From Selaginella moellendorffii (taxonomy: Eukaryota > Plantae > Lycopodiophyta), in assembly GCF_000143415.4 (NCBI RefSeq), contig NW_003314344.1:566336-630335 (forward strand): a stretch of DNA of 64,000 nt. The letters run 5' to 3'. The position numbers were made by a program, and so were the translations under genes. Each line of letters begins with the position of its first letter. The stretch's first letter is position 1. Below the pieces are notes generated by a model. That model saw only the letters and a list, made by a program, of their open reading frames with translations, did not search any database and was not told where the DNA came from. This document shows, piece after piece, positions 23,901 through 37,427 of the stretch.

Positions 23901-26900
23901 TGAGGACTCTTTGATATCAGAAGTCCCGGTAGCTGCAGCTCATCCATCTCCTCTTCAACAAGGTCCACGATATTAACCTGCAAGAATATCAGTAAAAGGA
24001 ATCACAAGCAAGCTAACATACCGACGCAGTCAGGGGCTGACCATCGGTTAAGCCCAGCTGCCGCAACACCTGCCATGCATCCTTCTAGCCAACAGAAACA
24101 ACTATAGCGGCAAAGCATACCTGTGAATCTTGCTTAAGTTCTTTGTTTGCGTGCATCAAACGCACACGAGAAACGGGACATTCAAGCCTCTCAGCCACCT
24201 ATAGAGCGGTGAAATAAACCACAAATATTAAAATAAATCTTACCTTTGCTCGGAACGAACCAAGGTACTCGTTTGCATGAACGAGAATGTCAAAACGTGT
24301 CGACTGCTTATTTGCCGTGCTAACCTACAGAAAAACATCGCGTTTTCTACAACTTTACCACACATTTTGAACAAATACCCCCAAAGTAAGCGGTCGTCCT
24401 TGAAATGAAGCACCATGCGCAGGAACTTTACGAGGGCAGGATCCTTCACATTTTATAATAAACTCCTGAAAATTTAAACGGTTAAGTATTAGTATCGAAA
24501 GAACATAAAAACGGAAAGGAAGGCTTACTCTTAGTATCCGTAGGCAGCGCTCGACTTTGTACGGATCCTTTTCAAAATTCACAGTGCACGGCTTGTCTGC
24601 CTCACTTTCTATCGACTCGGTAAAATTTTCCACGTCCGGGACATCTACGTTCCCATCAACCATACTGATGCTGTTACTATCTGTTGCCTCCGTATTCCTG
24701 TGTCCATTCTCAAGGGCCGCAGTCAAGTTACGCAGGCACTCGTTGATAAAGCACTGGCGTATTTGAACCAAATTTTGCCGCAGGCTGTCTGAGAGGTGAG
24801 TATGGATGTCCCGCAACATACTTATGCTCTGTTCCGCAATGCTATTGACAGGTGACGAAAGAGCAGCTTGCCACATGTAGGACATTCCAATCAGCTGCAA
24901 GTCGTGCGTCTCAGTCCCTTCATCGATTCTTATTCGCACAAGTTTCTTCTCGAAAAGATTCACCCACAGAAACAGCCTCATAAAGCACCTATGTAAAATA
25001 CATGAAGAGTGTCAACCATCTTGCATGCAGCTTACCTCCAGGCAATTTCCGAAAGAGAACAAGGGTCCATGCAGGTAAGTTTCTTTGTGAGAATGTTGAG
25101 CATTGCGTCGAAGGACAAGCACGGGGTTTTTTCAAGAGCATCGCACAGCCATTGGAACCCCCTCTCCTTGTCAGCATCGAACACAGACGACTCAATCATG
25201 CAGTTCCACAGCCTCTCCATAGCATCCCAAGGCAAACTAACATCGCCTGCCTGTACCAACCATTAAACCGCAAAGGAGCAGTGCAAAATATACCTGTATT
25301 GAGAACAATATGAATTCCAAGCGCTCCTTCACGTGTTGATCATGGGTGTACCGACAATCTGCAATGGAATAGGGTGCTGCAGTCTTCTCTGACGGCTTTG
25401 CCACCACTAACTTCTCAGAGCACATCAATCGAGCGTGGGCCATGTACTGTTCCAAACTCTTCACAACCTGAATAGCAAGTTTGAGAAACTAAATCATAAA
25501 AACCTTCAATATTTACCATGAGTAAAAAACAATCGTCTTTTATGAGCTTTTGAAGGCGCATTTGACGAGAAACCTCATCCTGTGGATATCGTTACGAGAG
25601 AATAAAAAAACCACAAAAAACGCTTACCTGGTAAAATGGCTTCTCGTTATCTAAAAGTATGATTTCACGAAGTAGACGTAAAGACGGAATCACCGAGATT
25701 CCATGCTCTACATTTTTCAGGCATTTCGAAATGTATTCCTGCAAAGCGAAAATACATGTTAAAATCGGCGGTGAAAACCCAGAATCAGACAGGAACACAG
25801 GAGACTAACTAACAGCAAGTGCCACTAAATCTTACTGCCAAAAGGAAAAGCCTCTCTGACCCACATCTTTACTAGCACAGTTCACCGAGTCATAGTGGCC
25901 GAGAATTTCGGTGAGAGCTCCTGAGTCAAGAACTTCCGCAGGTGCTTCTCCAGAGTGCATCATATTCCAGAGTAGCTCCAGCAGCCTAAATAAAACATAA
26001 ACATAAGAAACCAAACTTACTAACACGCACCTTTGGGCCATAACTCCCTTTGTGTCACTCCGGGCGAGTTTTTTAACTAAAGAGAGGATCTTCACGATAT
26101 CTGACGGCGAGCGCCCCTGTCACACATAAAAGTGACACACTAGAAAAGAGAGATATGAAGTACCTGGCTGCGCTCGAAGCGACCAAATAGACTATCCAGC
26201 TGCTCGGCTGAAAATGACCAAGCAAGATCGGCGAGAAGATCAAAGATATTTGCTTTGACCTGCCAATAATACAGAGCGTAATCTTCCGGAGGGTACAAAC
26301 AACATCAAACTTACCGTTTCAAATTGGTCCGGCTTTTCAGTGGCTGCCCAGATAGCATCAATATGCTCTTCTGAAAGGCGACGCTCTTGGAGCAAAAACC
26401 TCATAATCTTTTCTACCTGTTTCATTGTTAAATAAAGGTAAACTCAAACGCAGCCACAACAAGTGTAAAACTCACCTGGTCTACGTATTGTTTGTGGTGG
26501 AGATGGGACCTAAGGACATGCCGCAAAATATTGTTTCGCTCGAGCCACTGAATTGTTGCATTAACGGACCGCGACTTATCCCTGCAACGTATCAATCGAA
26601 ACATCAAGCTTTAACGTAAGAACTAGAAAACAACACGAACCTTGGAGCTATCGCTCGAGCGTTCTCTAGGAGCTTGTTGATCTCCCGAACCGCGCTCAGC
26701 TGCTTATTGAACGAGTTGAATCCCAGCATGCGCTCCACCATCTTCCGTTGCACAATGCTCGTCATGCTCTCAGCCTTTTCCGCCGACGAGCTCCGACCGA
26801 GTATGACTTGCAAGTGCTTCAGTATCAGCGACAACGCTCCAAAAGACCCGTCTTTCGTCTTGTCGCTAAGAGCATCCACGTCTCTCTCCAGCAGGTCCTC

Positions 26901-27863
26901 TACGTATCTCAAAATCCTGCTGCAAGGGTCGCCAAGGTGGCTGGCGACTTCGTCCGTGATAAACTCCGTCGACCTCGCAATGGGAAGCAACAGAGCTTCC
27001 ATCACCGCCGGCAAAAGCTTCTGCGGATAGTTGAGCACCCGCAGGAGATGCTGGTAGCCATTCCCGTAAGCCGTGTGGCCAAAGTAGTTCAAGAGATAGG
27101 CCAGCCAGCAGTAGACATCCGGAGGACGACACCTGTTGCAGTCGCAGCTCTCGTCCCTGACAGCGGCGCCTTTGCGGTTCGCACAATGCCAGTCGTTGTT
27201 GCTGCTGGCCTTCCTCGACGGCGTCCCGGGCATCGGCCTCGCAAAGTTGCAGGGAGGAGAAACCGACGAGGCCGAGGGTGGCAGACCCTGTTCTTTGTGC
27301 TTGAGATGGAATTGGCATTGCTTGTCAAAGGCAATGGCGAGCGTCCTGAGCAGCGGCAGCATGTCATCGTCCACACCAACGTCGTCGAGCAGCAGCTGCG
27401 GAGCCTTGACGGATACCAAGTCCATGAGCTTACACACGGCATCGAAGATGTTGTTGTGGATCTCGTTGGTCCACTTCCATATCGCCTTGTCGTCCAGGCA
27501 CTTCTCAAACGCGCTCGGCACAGCCTCCCGGTACAGAGTCTGGAGCTTGCGAAAGTCCCCACCGAATTCTTCCCGGCCACCACTCACGATCTTTGCAGCC
27601 GCCGAGAGGCAATTCCTGAGATGGATGGGATAGACAGTCCATGGGAACTTGTTGAGCCCATCGAGCACGGTCCCCAACTCGTCCCTGGGAAACTCGCAGC
27701 ACAGCTCCTCCAAGTCCACCTCGTTCACGGGCATCATCGTCAAATCTGTGCCTTCGTACTCGCCAATGGACGACTCCTCATCACTGGTGTTGCTCTCCCT
27801 ATCCCACAGCTCTACGTTGTCTTCCTGCCTCAGGAAGCTCTGCCGCTCCCAGCTCTGATCCAT
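17969..27863 (-). CDS. Large multi-exon ubiquitin-specific protease (peptidase C19), USP9X/USP24/USP34-like; 3' end approximate
   Basis: Cys box GYVGLKNAGATCYMNS, EHQDAFEFF, LVIHLKRF, His box YDLVGVVVHSGTAFAGHYYSYI; long N-terminal helical region; many short introns. Confidence 0.9.
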
Positions 27864-28304
27864 ACACAGCTGCCGCCCCTCTCACTGCTGCGAATCGCGC
27901 CTGGAATCCATCGCGAATCCCCCACACTCTGGCAATTTCGCCGCCGAGCTGCCGCGGCGCCCCCGGATCCTCCAAGACCTAATCTACGCCAAGAGAAAAC
28001 CTGGCAGCTCACCTGGATTGCCGCGACGCTGCCGATCGATCCTAAAACCCTCTCGCACTGCTCCTCTCGAAAAAACCCTGATTGTTGGCCGAGCTCGCCA
28101 GAACTAGGTCTCGCACAACACATTGGCAAATGCGTACGAGCATGGCCAAATATGGCCCAGCACAAGAGCATCGCATTTTCCGATATTCTGTACGGAAACA
28201 TTAAGCTCTAGCTATAAGCGCCTAATTTTTCCCTTTCTCTCTCCTTTGTACATTGAGAGCAGAGCTCGAGCGCAAGATATTTCCTCGCAAGGAGAAATTT
28301 TTTC

Positions 28305-31300
28305 TTAGAAGTTTTCCTTGTGAAAATCGAAGGTGGTTGAGTTCTGGTGCGTGTACTCTCGCGACAGTGCGTCCAATTCTTTCGCCACTCCTGGGGCACC
28401 ACAGTAAAATACGCCTGCAAGGAACAAAACGTGGAAAACGGGAGTGATGGCTCCTTTTTTCTTTTCTAGATGCTAGACCAAAGTTTTGTCTTGAGAATCC
28501 ATCACTCACCGATGTTAGCATGCCTGTGAACTGCTGAGAGCCGTGAAAACACCGTCTTCCAGTTTGGTCTCGCAAAATGTGTTCTTACCTGGAGAGGAGC
28601 GACAGTTTTTAGAAACTACAGGAACTAGAAGAAATCTTCGTACGTACCCGAGTCCCAGACAGGATGTCCACTCCGTTTTTGGCGAGGTTCAAAGCCTGGA
28701 TCATGGTGATCAGTGCCGATCGAGCGTCGCCCTCCTCGTACACACTCGTGAGATAGTTGTGCATCTCGATAACTCTCTGCTCGTCAAAGTTCATGCAAAC
28801 TATTAAGCAAAAGAATGCGAGAAAAATCCGACCTTGTGATCCATCTCTGCAATCTCGTTCATGACACCTTTAAACCATTCGAAAGATCCCTGCTCTCTAG
28901 TCACCCAGTAGAAGTAAACTTTTGTAGGACCGCTCTTCTTCCCATTGTTCTGCGATCCCAACGGAATGAGAATGAGTTTGTAGCTTGAGTAACTTGGAAG
29001 AACTTACTTCCACATCCCTGTTGACGTGATTCAAGATGTCTCTCAGAATACTTACGAAAGGTGTTGCTCCAATGCCAAGACCAACGAGCAGCAGCACATC
29101 ATACTTCATGTAATCTTGTGCTGGAGCACCATAGGGACCATCAATTCGTAGCTTTGGAAACCTGCAATAGACGAAAAAAAAAGGCACAGCTTTTCTGTAA
29201 AATTCTAATCTATTTTTCCTACCTTGGTTGTGACTGGAACTCCAGATCATGATCCACATACTCAGCTCTGAGCAGGCCACTTTTGCCAACTTCGGGTTTG
29301 TGGCAAACCTGTACACGGCTTTCAAAGTTGGAGTTCAAATGTATGGCAGCATACGTACCTCTGAGAAGATTTTCTTCATTTTGGAGGTCCAGTCCCCGGC
29401 ACTTCTTATATGGATGCTCAAGTAGTCATCACTTGGAGCAGAAGTGATCGAAAAAGGATGCCTGTGATGAAAAGATCAAAGCTTGCTGACTAAAGAAAAG
29501 AAAGAAAAAAAAAGCTAAGAAACTAGTAGTACTGACCATTGAAGATGCGAGATGGCCGGGCACTTGAGGAAGAGATACATGCCACTCTTGTACTTAAAAC
29601 CGCGAGGCTTTTGTATGTACAAAGCCAAGACATTTCCAGGATAAACAGCAGCCTGTAGTTAAACTGCTCAATCAAAACCATGAACGAAATCCTAAAGAAA
29701 AGTTTCGTGCCAGACCTTGACTACACGAACTGTATACAATCCCGCACGGATGGCTCGTACCAATCGCTCGGAGGCATATAAAGCCACTGGAATCGCGACA
29801 TACATCCAAGTCTGTGCAGGAAACCAAAACGAGAGAAAAGAGAAAACTCGTCAGTGGAAAAACAAGTCTCAAAGACCAAAGGAGCCACTTACGAACCGTT
29901 TTCTGCCACCATCCATGTGCCAAATAAATGAAGAGCGAGTGGACAATGAGCAGGACGTAGACAAAGATAAACAAATGGTGCGAGTACCAAAAGGCGTTGA
30001 ATCCGCTTAGCCTGTGCAAAGGCCACAGTGGCTTTACCTGGCCTCGCCTGAACCATGGCGTCGCTAGCAGGAATATAAAAGCCATGAGCAGCACGCTCGC
30101 GATCCCAGTAACCCCAGCCACTGACTTTAGCAGATCAACGTACGTTTGTCTCTTGTAGTGAAAACTTTTGCCGAGGGTGCGCATGAAGAGCTCGTCAGAC
30201 GAGCTAGTAATTCTCGGGAAGTCGCAGGCCAAGTGGACTCCAGCGTGAATCACAGTTCCAATTGCAACACCAGACGCAATCATCTGGACGAAAAAGAACT
30301 ATCAGAAGAAGAAGACGAAAGCAAAAGATCAAAGGTTGTACGTACCATATGAAACTTGAGGTTGTCGTTGAAAGGGACGATGTTGCCGACGAAGGTCGAA
30401 CGAAACCAGGTGATGGTGTTTCTACAGACCGGGAAAAGCACGAGTGCCATGTTGAGCTTGAGAGTCTCGGCAGCACCTTTTGCGACGCACAGACAATATC
30501 CCATGACTTCAAAAGCTGCTCGCTGCTTGTACACGAAAAACTTCCACGCGAACAATCCCGCCATGGTCGCAATCCAAAGTCCGAAGAACATGAGGTACCT
30601 CCAGTTCTCGGAGAGGTAGAACTTCGAATCTTTCCAAAAGGAGAGAAGTGGAGTGTGCTTTTTCCGCTTGACGGCGACGAGATTCCGAGAGATGGTTGTG
30701 CTGTAGTTGAGGAAAGAGTCTTTGGCATGCGCTGGCTCCGGAACTCTCATCAAAGCTTCGAGCTGCGAAAGCTGCCAGGAAAAAGAAAAGTGGACAAGGA
30801 AAACTATGAAGCTCGATCATGGCATCGTGGAAATATTTACCTCAATGAAGCCATTCTTGTCAGGATCCAACTCTTCCATAATTAACGCGGCGAACTCGTC
30901 GGCTTGTGCCTTGAGCTTGGCAAGCTTGTTGGTTGCCGCACTAAGCATGATAATCTACACGATTGTGCCGCACCAAGGAAAAAAAAAAAAGAGTTAAGAG
31001 AAGAGCAAGATGGTTGTCACTCACTCTCAATCAATCACCTCTTTGACTTCTTCTTCTGATATATGTCCGTCTGCGTTTCTGTCGAACCTGAGAAACGAGG
31101 AAACGATTCGAAATCACTGCATCTTGATCACAATCGAGAACTTACATCTGGAAGAAAATTTGCATACGAGAGTCGAAGCTATCGTCGCTCATTTGCAGCC
31201 AGAAGGCGTGAAGAACTTCTTTGGAAATGCTTTTCTGGTTCTCGAGTTTCTTGCTGGAGACGAGCGCATCGAAGAGCGCTTGAGCAAATTCCGAGGTCTC

Positions 31301-31786
31301 CATTCCTGAAAGCAAAGAACACAAAAGCTTGATAGTCAGAAGATTGAAGAAGAAAAGAAAAAGGAAGATAGAAAACATTGGAACTTCACCTATGCATTCA
31401 CCGAATTTTTCACGAGAAAGGCTTCCATCCACTGCAAGCACCGTGAATCTCCTTTCGATGTCGAGCCACGACACTTTCTTCTTGTTCTTCCCGGTAAGGA
31501 AACGAAGTCCCTGGAGGGCATTGGACTTTGTCCTGGAAAACTTTGCTTGCTTCGCTCGATCAAACTTGGTGGCCTTTGGAGAGTTGTGATTCCTGACAGT
31601 GCTGGCGAGACGAGTGAAAGCAGTCTTAACTTTGATGGCCGTGACCACAGTGGATCTCTTCTCGCCTCCACCCGAAGCAATGGACTCGGTGCGATGGAGA
31701 GGACGATCGCTAGACACTGAAACTCCATCGTCGTTGGCCATCTCGATCACCACCTTGGTGGCTTGATCGGGATCTTCGTCCCGCAT
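28305..31786 (-). CDS. RBOH: Respiratory burst oxidase homologue (NADPH oxidase), multi-exon
   Basis: EF-hand region, [54 protein letters not shown]-terminal GVFYCG..FHKENF-stop. Confidence 0.96.
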
Positions 31787-32726
31787 CGTGTGACTGGAAA
31801 GAAAGAACGATCACAAAACTTCACAACCAAGAACCAAAGAAACAACGCACCACACAATTGTTTATCGCCTGGAGAAAAGTGAGCAGTGATCGAAGAAGAT
31901 GCTTTCACATCACTCCTGCTCTAAAGTTTTTGTGGAGATCCGTGCGAGGTCCCATCTACATTTCATTCCATCGATAAGAATCCATGCTATGAATCAGCCG
32001 CAAGAAATAAAAAATAAAAAATAGTTTTTCACCAACAGAGAAAACAAACTCTACTCACATGTTTCGTAGCGAACACCGCCAAAGCCACAGTGAAAAGATG
32101 TACGAAGAAATGCTAGTGCCAGTGTTGCCAGAGAGAGCTACCAAGAACGAGCAATCGCGGCCATTGAATCGCCCAAGGCAAGAACTCCCGCCCTTTGACC
32201 TCGATCGTCTTGCTGCTCGCCACAATCGCTGACCAAGCCTTCCGCCAAAGCTGCGATGATTCGCCCTCTTGCGTTTGTACAAAGAATGGAATTTACATCC
32301 CATCCTCGCGAAGGAGGCGAAGAATATATTTTACGAAAGAAGAAGGCACGAGGAACTCCACTGACTAGAACACAATCGAGCGGCTGCAATCTTGCCACGC
32401 CACCGGACGCATCGAATCGACGGCTCACGGCCATACTCCACGATCATGGATCGTGCCGAGCACTGAATCGTAGAAAAAGCGCAAAATTCATGCCTGGTGT
32501 GGCCCCATGCTCGTAGAATGGTTTTTCAAGAACAGTTTCAATCTTCACAGTTGCCATACTTTTAAGAAAATCAATCCTGTCGCATGTGAGGATCGTGGGC
32601 GATGCAACATTCCACCAAATCCTTACGTGTATACCACTTGTTCTTGTCAAATCCACTCGGGAATATCACTTGGATTGCGAAAACCTTTAGAAAAACTTTG
32701 TTGTTGATCCAGGAACTTACTTGGAT

Positions 32727-34740
32727 CTAGAAGGAAATTTGTGAAAGAGATTTGGCTAGCTTCACTAGAGCGTCTCCACGATTCGGACCTGCTTTAGCCG
32801 CTCTTGCATCAGTGTTTCCGATGCGTTGCTCGCGGTAGCGACGAGCAACTGGTCTTGCTCGTTCTCGATCTCGGCTTTGCCGCCGCTGGAGTTTCTTGTA
32901 CAAGCCTCCGAGAAGCCTCTTCTGGCACCTCACTACTGTTCCCTGTGAGAGAGACGACTCCCCGAGATCGACTATGCTCTTGCCTTGATCCACTGCGTCG
33001 AGCTTCCAGTCCTCTACACTAGCAGCCGGCTTGTCCACGAGTGCTGCTGGAGCCATTGGAGCATCCAAAACGTCACCGAGATGGAGAGCTTCCATCAGTC
33101 CCGGCTTAACCAGGTAGCCTTCCAGAGCCGGAGCCACCTTAAGCGTCGTGGAGCTGTTTGCTAGAGATCCAACGCCTGCTGCTGCCTGGACTATCTTCGA
33201 GGGAGGCTCGAGAATGGAAATGGCTACGTGAAGCAAGCCTTTCCTTACGTCTCGCAGCTTTAACCACATGTCGTGCCTGTCTCCACCTCGTAAGTGTATC
33301 AAGTCGAGCTCGTACCACCCCTGGGATCGATCACAAGAACACCATGAAGATTAATCTCCGAGCTAGAAAAAGAAAAGACTTACGAGCTCATCGTCTTTCC
33401 CAAACTTGTCTCGGTCCCGAACACGGAAATGGATCTTGGAAGGCAAATTCCAGCTGATTATCCTCACCCGGAATAGCTCGTGCCATGAGGGATTGAGCGT
33501 CTGCTTCTTCACAGAAGTCGTAAACTTTAGCTTGCCCATTTTTATCTTCACGTATGGATCAGAGTAGCCTGTACTGTACAAAAAATTGTGGATGTAGCAA
33601 TATAGAAAAATGAATTGATGCGACATACCCGATCTGTCTTTGGCTTCCAAGTCTTTGCCTTCCAAAATCTCCAGTATCGCGAATGCGGCTTCCTTGATCT
33701 CATGAAGACTCGCTGCTCACGTTTCATCAGTCATATATGAAAAACAAAGATTTTTACCAGGGAGAAGCCTGACGCCATCTTTATCAATGTCGAGATCATA
33801 CTCGGCTCCAAACAACCGTATCATGTCAAGAACCAAAGGGTAAGGCTCCACCATGCACGTCTCGATAGCTGCTTGAACAGCTTTGCTCTGAAAAAGGACC
33901 AACGAAGAAATCAATCACTTTCAAGAGCTAGCAACGTACCACCCAGGAAGCGATTAGCGGCAAGTCAGTAACATCCACACTGCTCGACGAGAGCGGCCTG
34001 ACACTCAATCCCAGCAACGGTGCCGTCACAAAAGCGATGGAGAGCTGACCAACGTAAGGATAGTAAGCCACAAACTTAAACCCGAGCTTGAGCTTCCCTT
34101 CGATCCTCAAGTTGGTCCCGTAGAGCTTGCCCGCAAATCCAAACCCGACCGACACCTTCTTGAGACAAGCCATGAGTTCCAACTGCATGTCTTCGTCGGC
34201 CACAAACGAGAGATCCATCTCGATCACAGCGTGCTCGCCAGCGCTCGAGTTTCGATAAACTTTCACCGAGTGCACAACCGGAGGAGAGTTTCCAAGGCGG
34301 AGACGATCGACCAGGATCTTGCTCACTGCCCGGGGCTTGTAATAGTTGAGATTCACGTCCAAGAGATAGATGATGTTCCTGGCGAGGTACCGCTCCAGAA
34401 AGGTCGGCCAGCCTTCCTGGAGCAAGATATTAAACCAAGTCACAGTCTCGCTATCCGAGACCTGGACGCCCCGAATACTCTCGTGATCGATCTGGAACTG
34501 GAGCTGCGTTCTCAGGCGGGATTTCTGGACGCTGTCGACGCTGTGGAGGTAGAGCACCGAGAGGAGGATCGAGACGAGGAAATTGAAGCCCGCGAAGCCG
34601 GCGATCCACACGGCACTGGCGATTACCAGCAAATGGATGAAGAGCGGCCATTCCAGGACTGCGTCGGTGAAGATCCAGATAGGCCGCGCCAGAGCCCGGA
34701 AGAGGAGGCGCGAGACGATGAGGCAGAGCTGGGCGATCAT
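32727..34740 (-). CDS. TM-SMP-C2 synaptotagmin/NTMC2-like protein
   Basis: N-terminal TM segments, SMP start ETVTWFNILL, C2 motifs SDPYVK, TLNPSWHE, DRDKFGKDD. Confidence 0.88.
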
Positions 34741-34888
34741 CCTCGCATTCCCGCCCGCCACTAAAAGCCCTAGTCAGCCCTAACGGGATTTTCAAAAAAC
34801 TTTGACGTGTCATTAATCTTTGAAGCCCTAACCCTAGCCCTAAATTCTCTTTTTCTTTCCTCTTCTTCTCTGGGGCAGCGCTTGCGCC
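34741..34888. promoter_or_regulatory. Short bidirectional promoter with telobox-like repeats
   Basis: 148 bp between divergent ATGs; CCCTAACCCTAGCCCTAA at ~34826-34843 plus a TGACGTGTCA element. Confidence 0.55.
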
Positions 34889-37115
34889 ATGGTTGTGAGA
34901 GCTGCTCTTCACCGGCGCCTGGGCCAATACAAGGTACGCTCGCATCGATTCCTCTCAATCCATCAATCTAGCTTCTTTTTCTTGGATTTCTCCTTCCACT
35001 CGCAGCTCCATTTCTTTTCTAGGTTTTGATCTGCTGGGCTGATTGGAAATTTCCTACATTCTTGTGGATCTATCTTGTCGCAGGCTCAAGCCCGTGGATT
35101 TCACGCCTCCACGCCGTTTAGCCAAGCCGTTCCAGCGCTGAGAACCCCCAGCAAAGGATGGCTGTCTTGGCTTTTCCGTGAGCCACTGCCAACGCTCCCA
35201 GCTCTCTACGAGGCTTTACCGGAGGTAAATTTGCCTCCTTCCTTGGAGGACACTGTGGAACCTTCGGGAACTCAAATCTCTTCGCTCAACAACGGTGTGA
35301 GGATAGCTTCGGAGCAAATAGCAGTGAGTGGACTTTTCTATTCTCAAAAGTCTGCTCGATAGAACACATTGTTTGATTGCTTTTTGGCTCGCAGGGCCCA
35401 ACTGCGACTCTCGGGATTTACGTAGACTCTGGTAGCATCCATGAAGACGCTTCCAATTCCGGGGCCACGCATCTGTTGGAGCGCATGGCCTTCAAGTCCA
35501 CACACAACCGCTCGCACTTCCGGTTGACGCGAGAAGTGGAAGCAATCGGAGGAAATATCATGGCTTCGGCAACACGGGAACAAATGGCCTATACTGGAGA
35601 CACCATCAAGACTTACATGCCTCAGATGGTCGAATTGCTCGTGGACAGTGTTCGCAATCCCGCTTTCCACGGCTGGGAAGTACACGAACAGGTAACAAGG
35701 CCACTACCTTTTGTAACTTCTTCTAGAATGGTTGTGATGGTTTTGCAGGTCGACAAAATCAAGGCGGAGCTGGCTGAAATGTTCAATAATCCTCAAAGTA
35801 TTCTACTGGAGGCACTGCATTCTGCCGGTTATAGCGGCCCCATTGGACACCCTTTACTGGCTTCCGAATCTGCGCTATCTAAGCTAGATGGCGCAACTCT
35901 TACGGACTTCGTGAGGGTAAGTGTTTATAGTTTCTTCGTGACATTCAGTAACTCGTTTGCTGCAGAATAACTTCATTCCTCGTCGCATTGTGTTGGCTGC
36001 CTCTGGAGTAGATCATGAAGAACTCATGGCAGTAGCCGAACCTTTGCTCACCGATTGGCCTTCTGGGAAAGGTGTTGATTGTGGACCTTCCGAGTATATT
36101 GGTGGAGACTGGCGTGGCACTGCCGATTCACCGGTACTAGCTTATTACTTAGAAACGTTGTGCTTAATGTTATGTTCTAGACCACACATATTGCTCTTGC
36201 CTTCGAAGTTCCCGGCGGCTGGCGCAACGAGCACGATTCATTCGCTGTTACTGTTTTGCAAGTAAGGAAGTGTTTTGCCTTTTTCACTCTCACGCTGACT
36301 GTTGTTGTTCCGGATTTTAGACACTACTTGGAGGAGGTGGCTCGTTCTCGTCTGGGGGACCTGGGAAGGGGATGTATTCTCGTCTATGTGAGTACTACAG
36401 ACGTTGTTTTGGATTAACAAGACATGTCAACAGATACGCGTGTCCTGAATCACTACGACAAAGTGCAGTCCTTCACTGCCTTCAACAGTATCTACAATGA
36501 CACCGGAATATTTGGAATTCATGCGACTTCGGTATGAATTTAGAGCCTAAATAGTGGTCTTCTCGATTTTTCTCATTTCGCTTTTGTTGTAGACCTCCGA
36601 CTTCGTGCCCAACCTTATCGATCTGGCAACAGACGAGCTCACGACTGTCGCTACGGCTGGTGAAGGTAATTCCAATATGTTTTTGCGAGAAAATCAATCG
36701 GTAACTTTCAAACAGTGACGGAGGAGGAATTGGAGCGCGCCAAGAATGCAACAATATCCGCTGTTCTCATGAATCTCGAGTCACGGGTGAGAATCTTTTG
36801 TTCCAAAAAGACATCTCACGACATGCTCTATTCGATCCATCCAGGTCGTTGTCACGGAAGATATTGGAAGGCAAATTCTCACATACGGCAAGAGGAAGCC
36901 TATCCAGGACTTTATCAGTGCTGTCCAGGGATTGACGTTGGAAAACATCACGTCCACTGCGAGTAAATTGCTTTCGTCGCCGCTCACAATGGCTTCTTGG
37001 GGAGATGGTAAGCTGGACTGTGCTTTGGTCAGCTAGCTAAATTCTTCGCGCTTGGTTTTCCGTTTCAGTCGTCCATGTTCCAAGATACGAAGAAGTTGCG
37101 AGGAGATTCAAGTAA
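34889..37115 (+). CDS. MPPA: Mitochondrial processing peptidase alpha subunit (M16), multi-exon
   Basis: [20 protein letters not shown], glycine-rich loop [39 protein letters not shown]. Confidence 0.94.
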
Positions 37116-37427
37116 GATCTCCTTTTCTTCGCTTTCGGGTTTTAACTCTATCCCCCAACGCAGGAAGTAGAGAGGGACTGGCGCTTTTTGGCAACCAAAA
37201 TAAACTTTCAAAGGGAGAAAGGGACGGTGAAGAAAAGAAAGCAAGTGCTCGGCGAGAAATAAACGTCAAAAACTTTGTATCAATTGTGAGAACATTTTTT
37301 CTTTTTTCTTTGCCATGCTTGTCTCTCTCATTTGACGAGATTTGACCTGTTTGACCGAGTTGGAAGATATGATAGTCGATCATCCCCCATGAAATGCAAG
37401 GCTTTGTACAATTGTTTTGACAAACGA

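Noticed and set aside
26748-28211. 487-aa plus-strand ORF
   Set aside because: Antisense shadow of the GC-rich first exon of the USP gene; no motif of its own.
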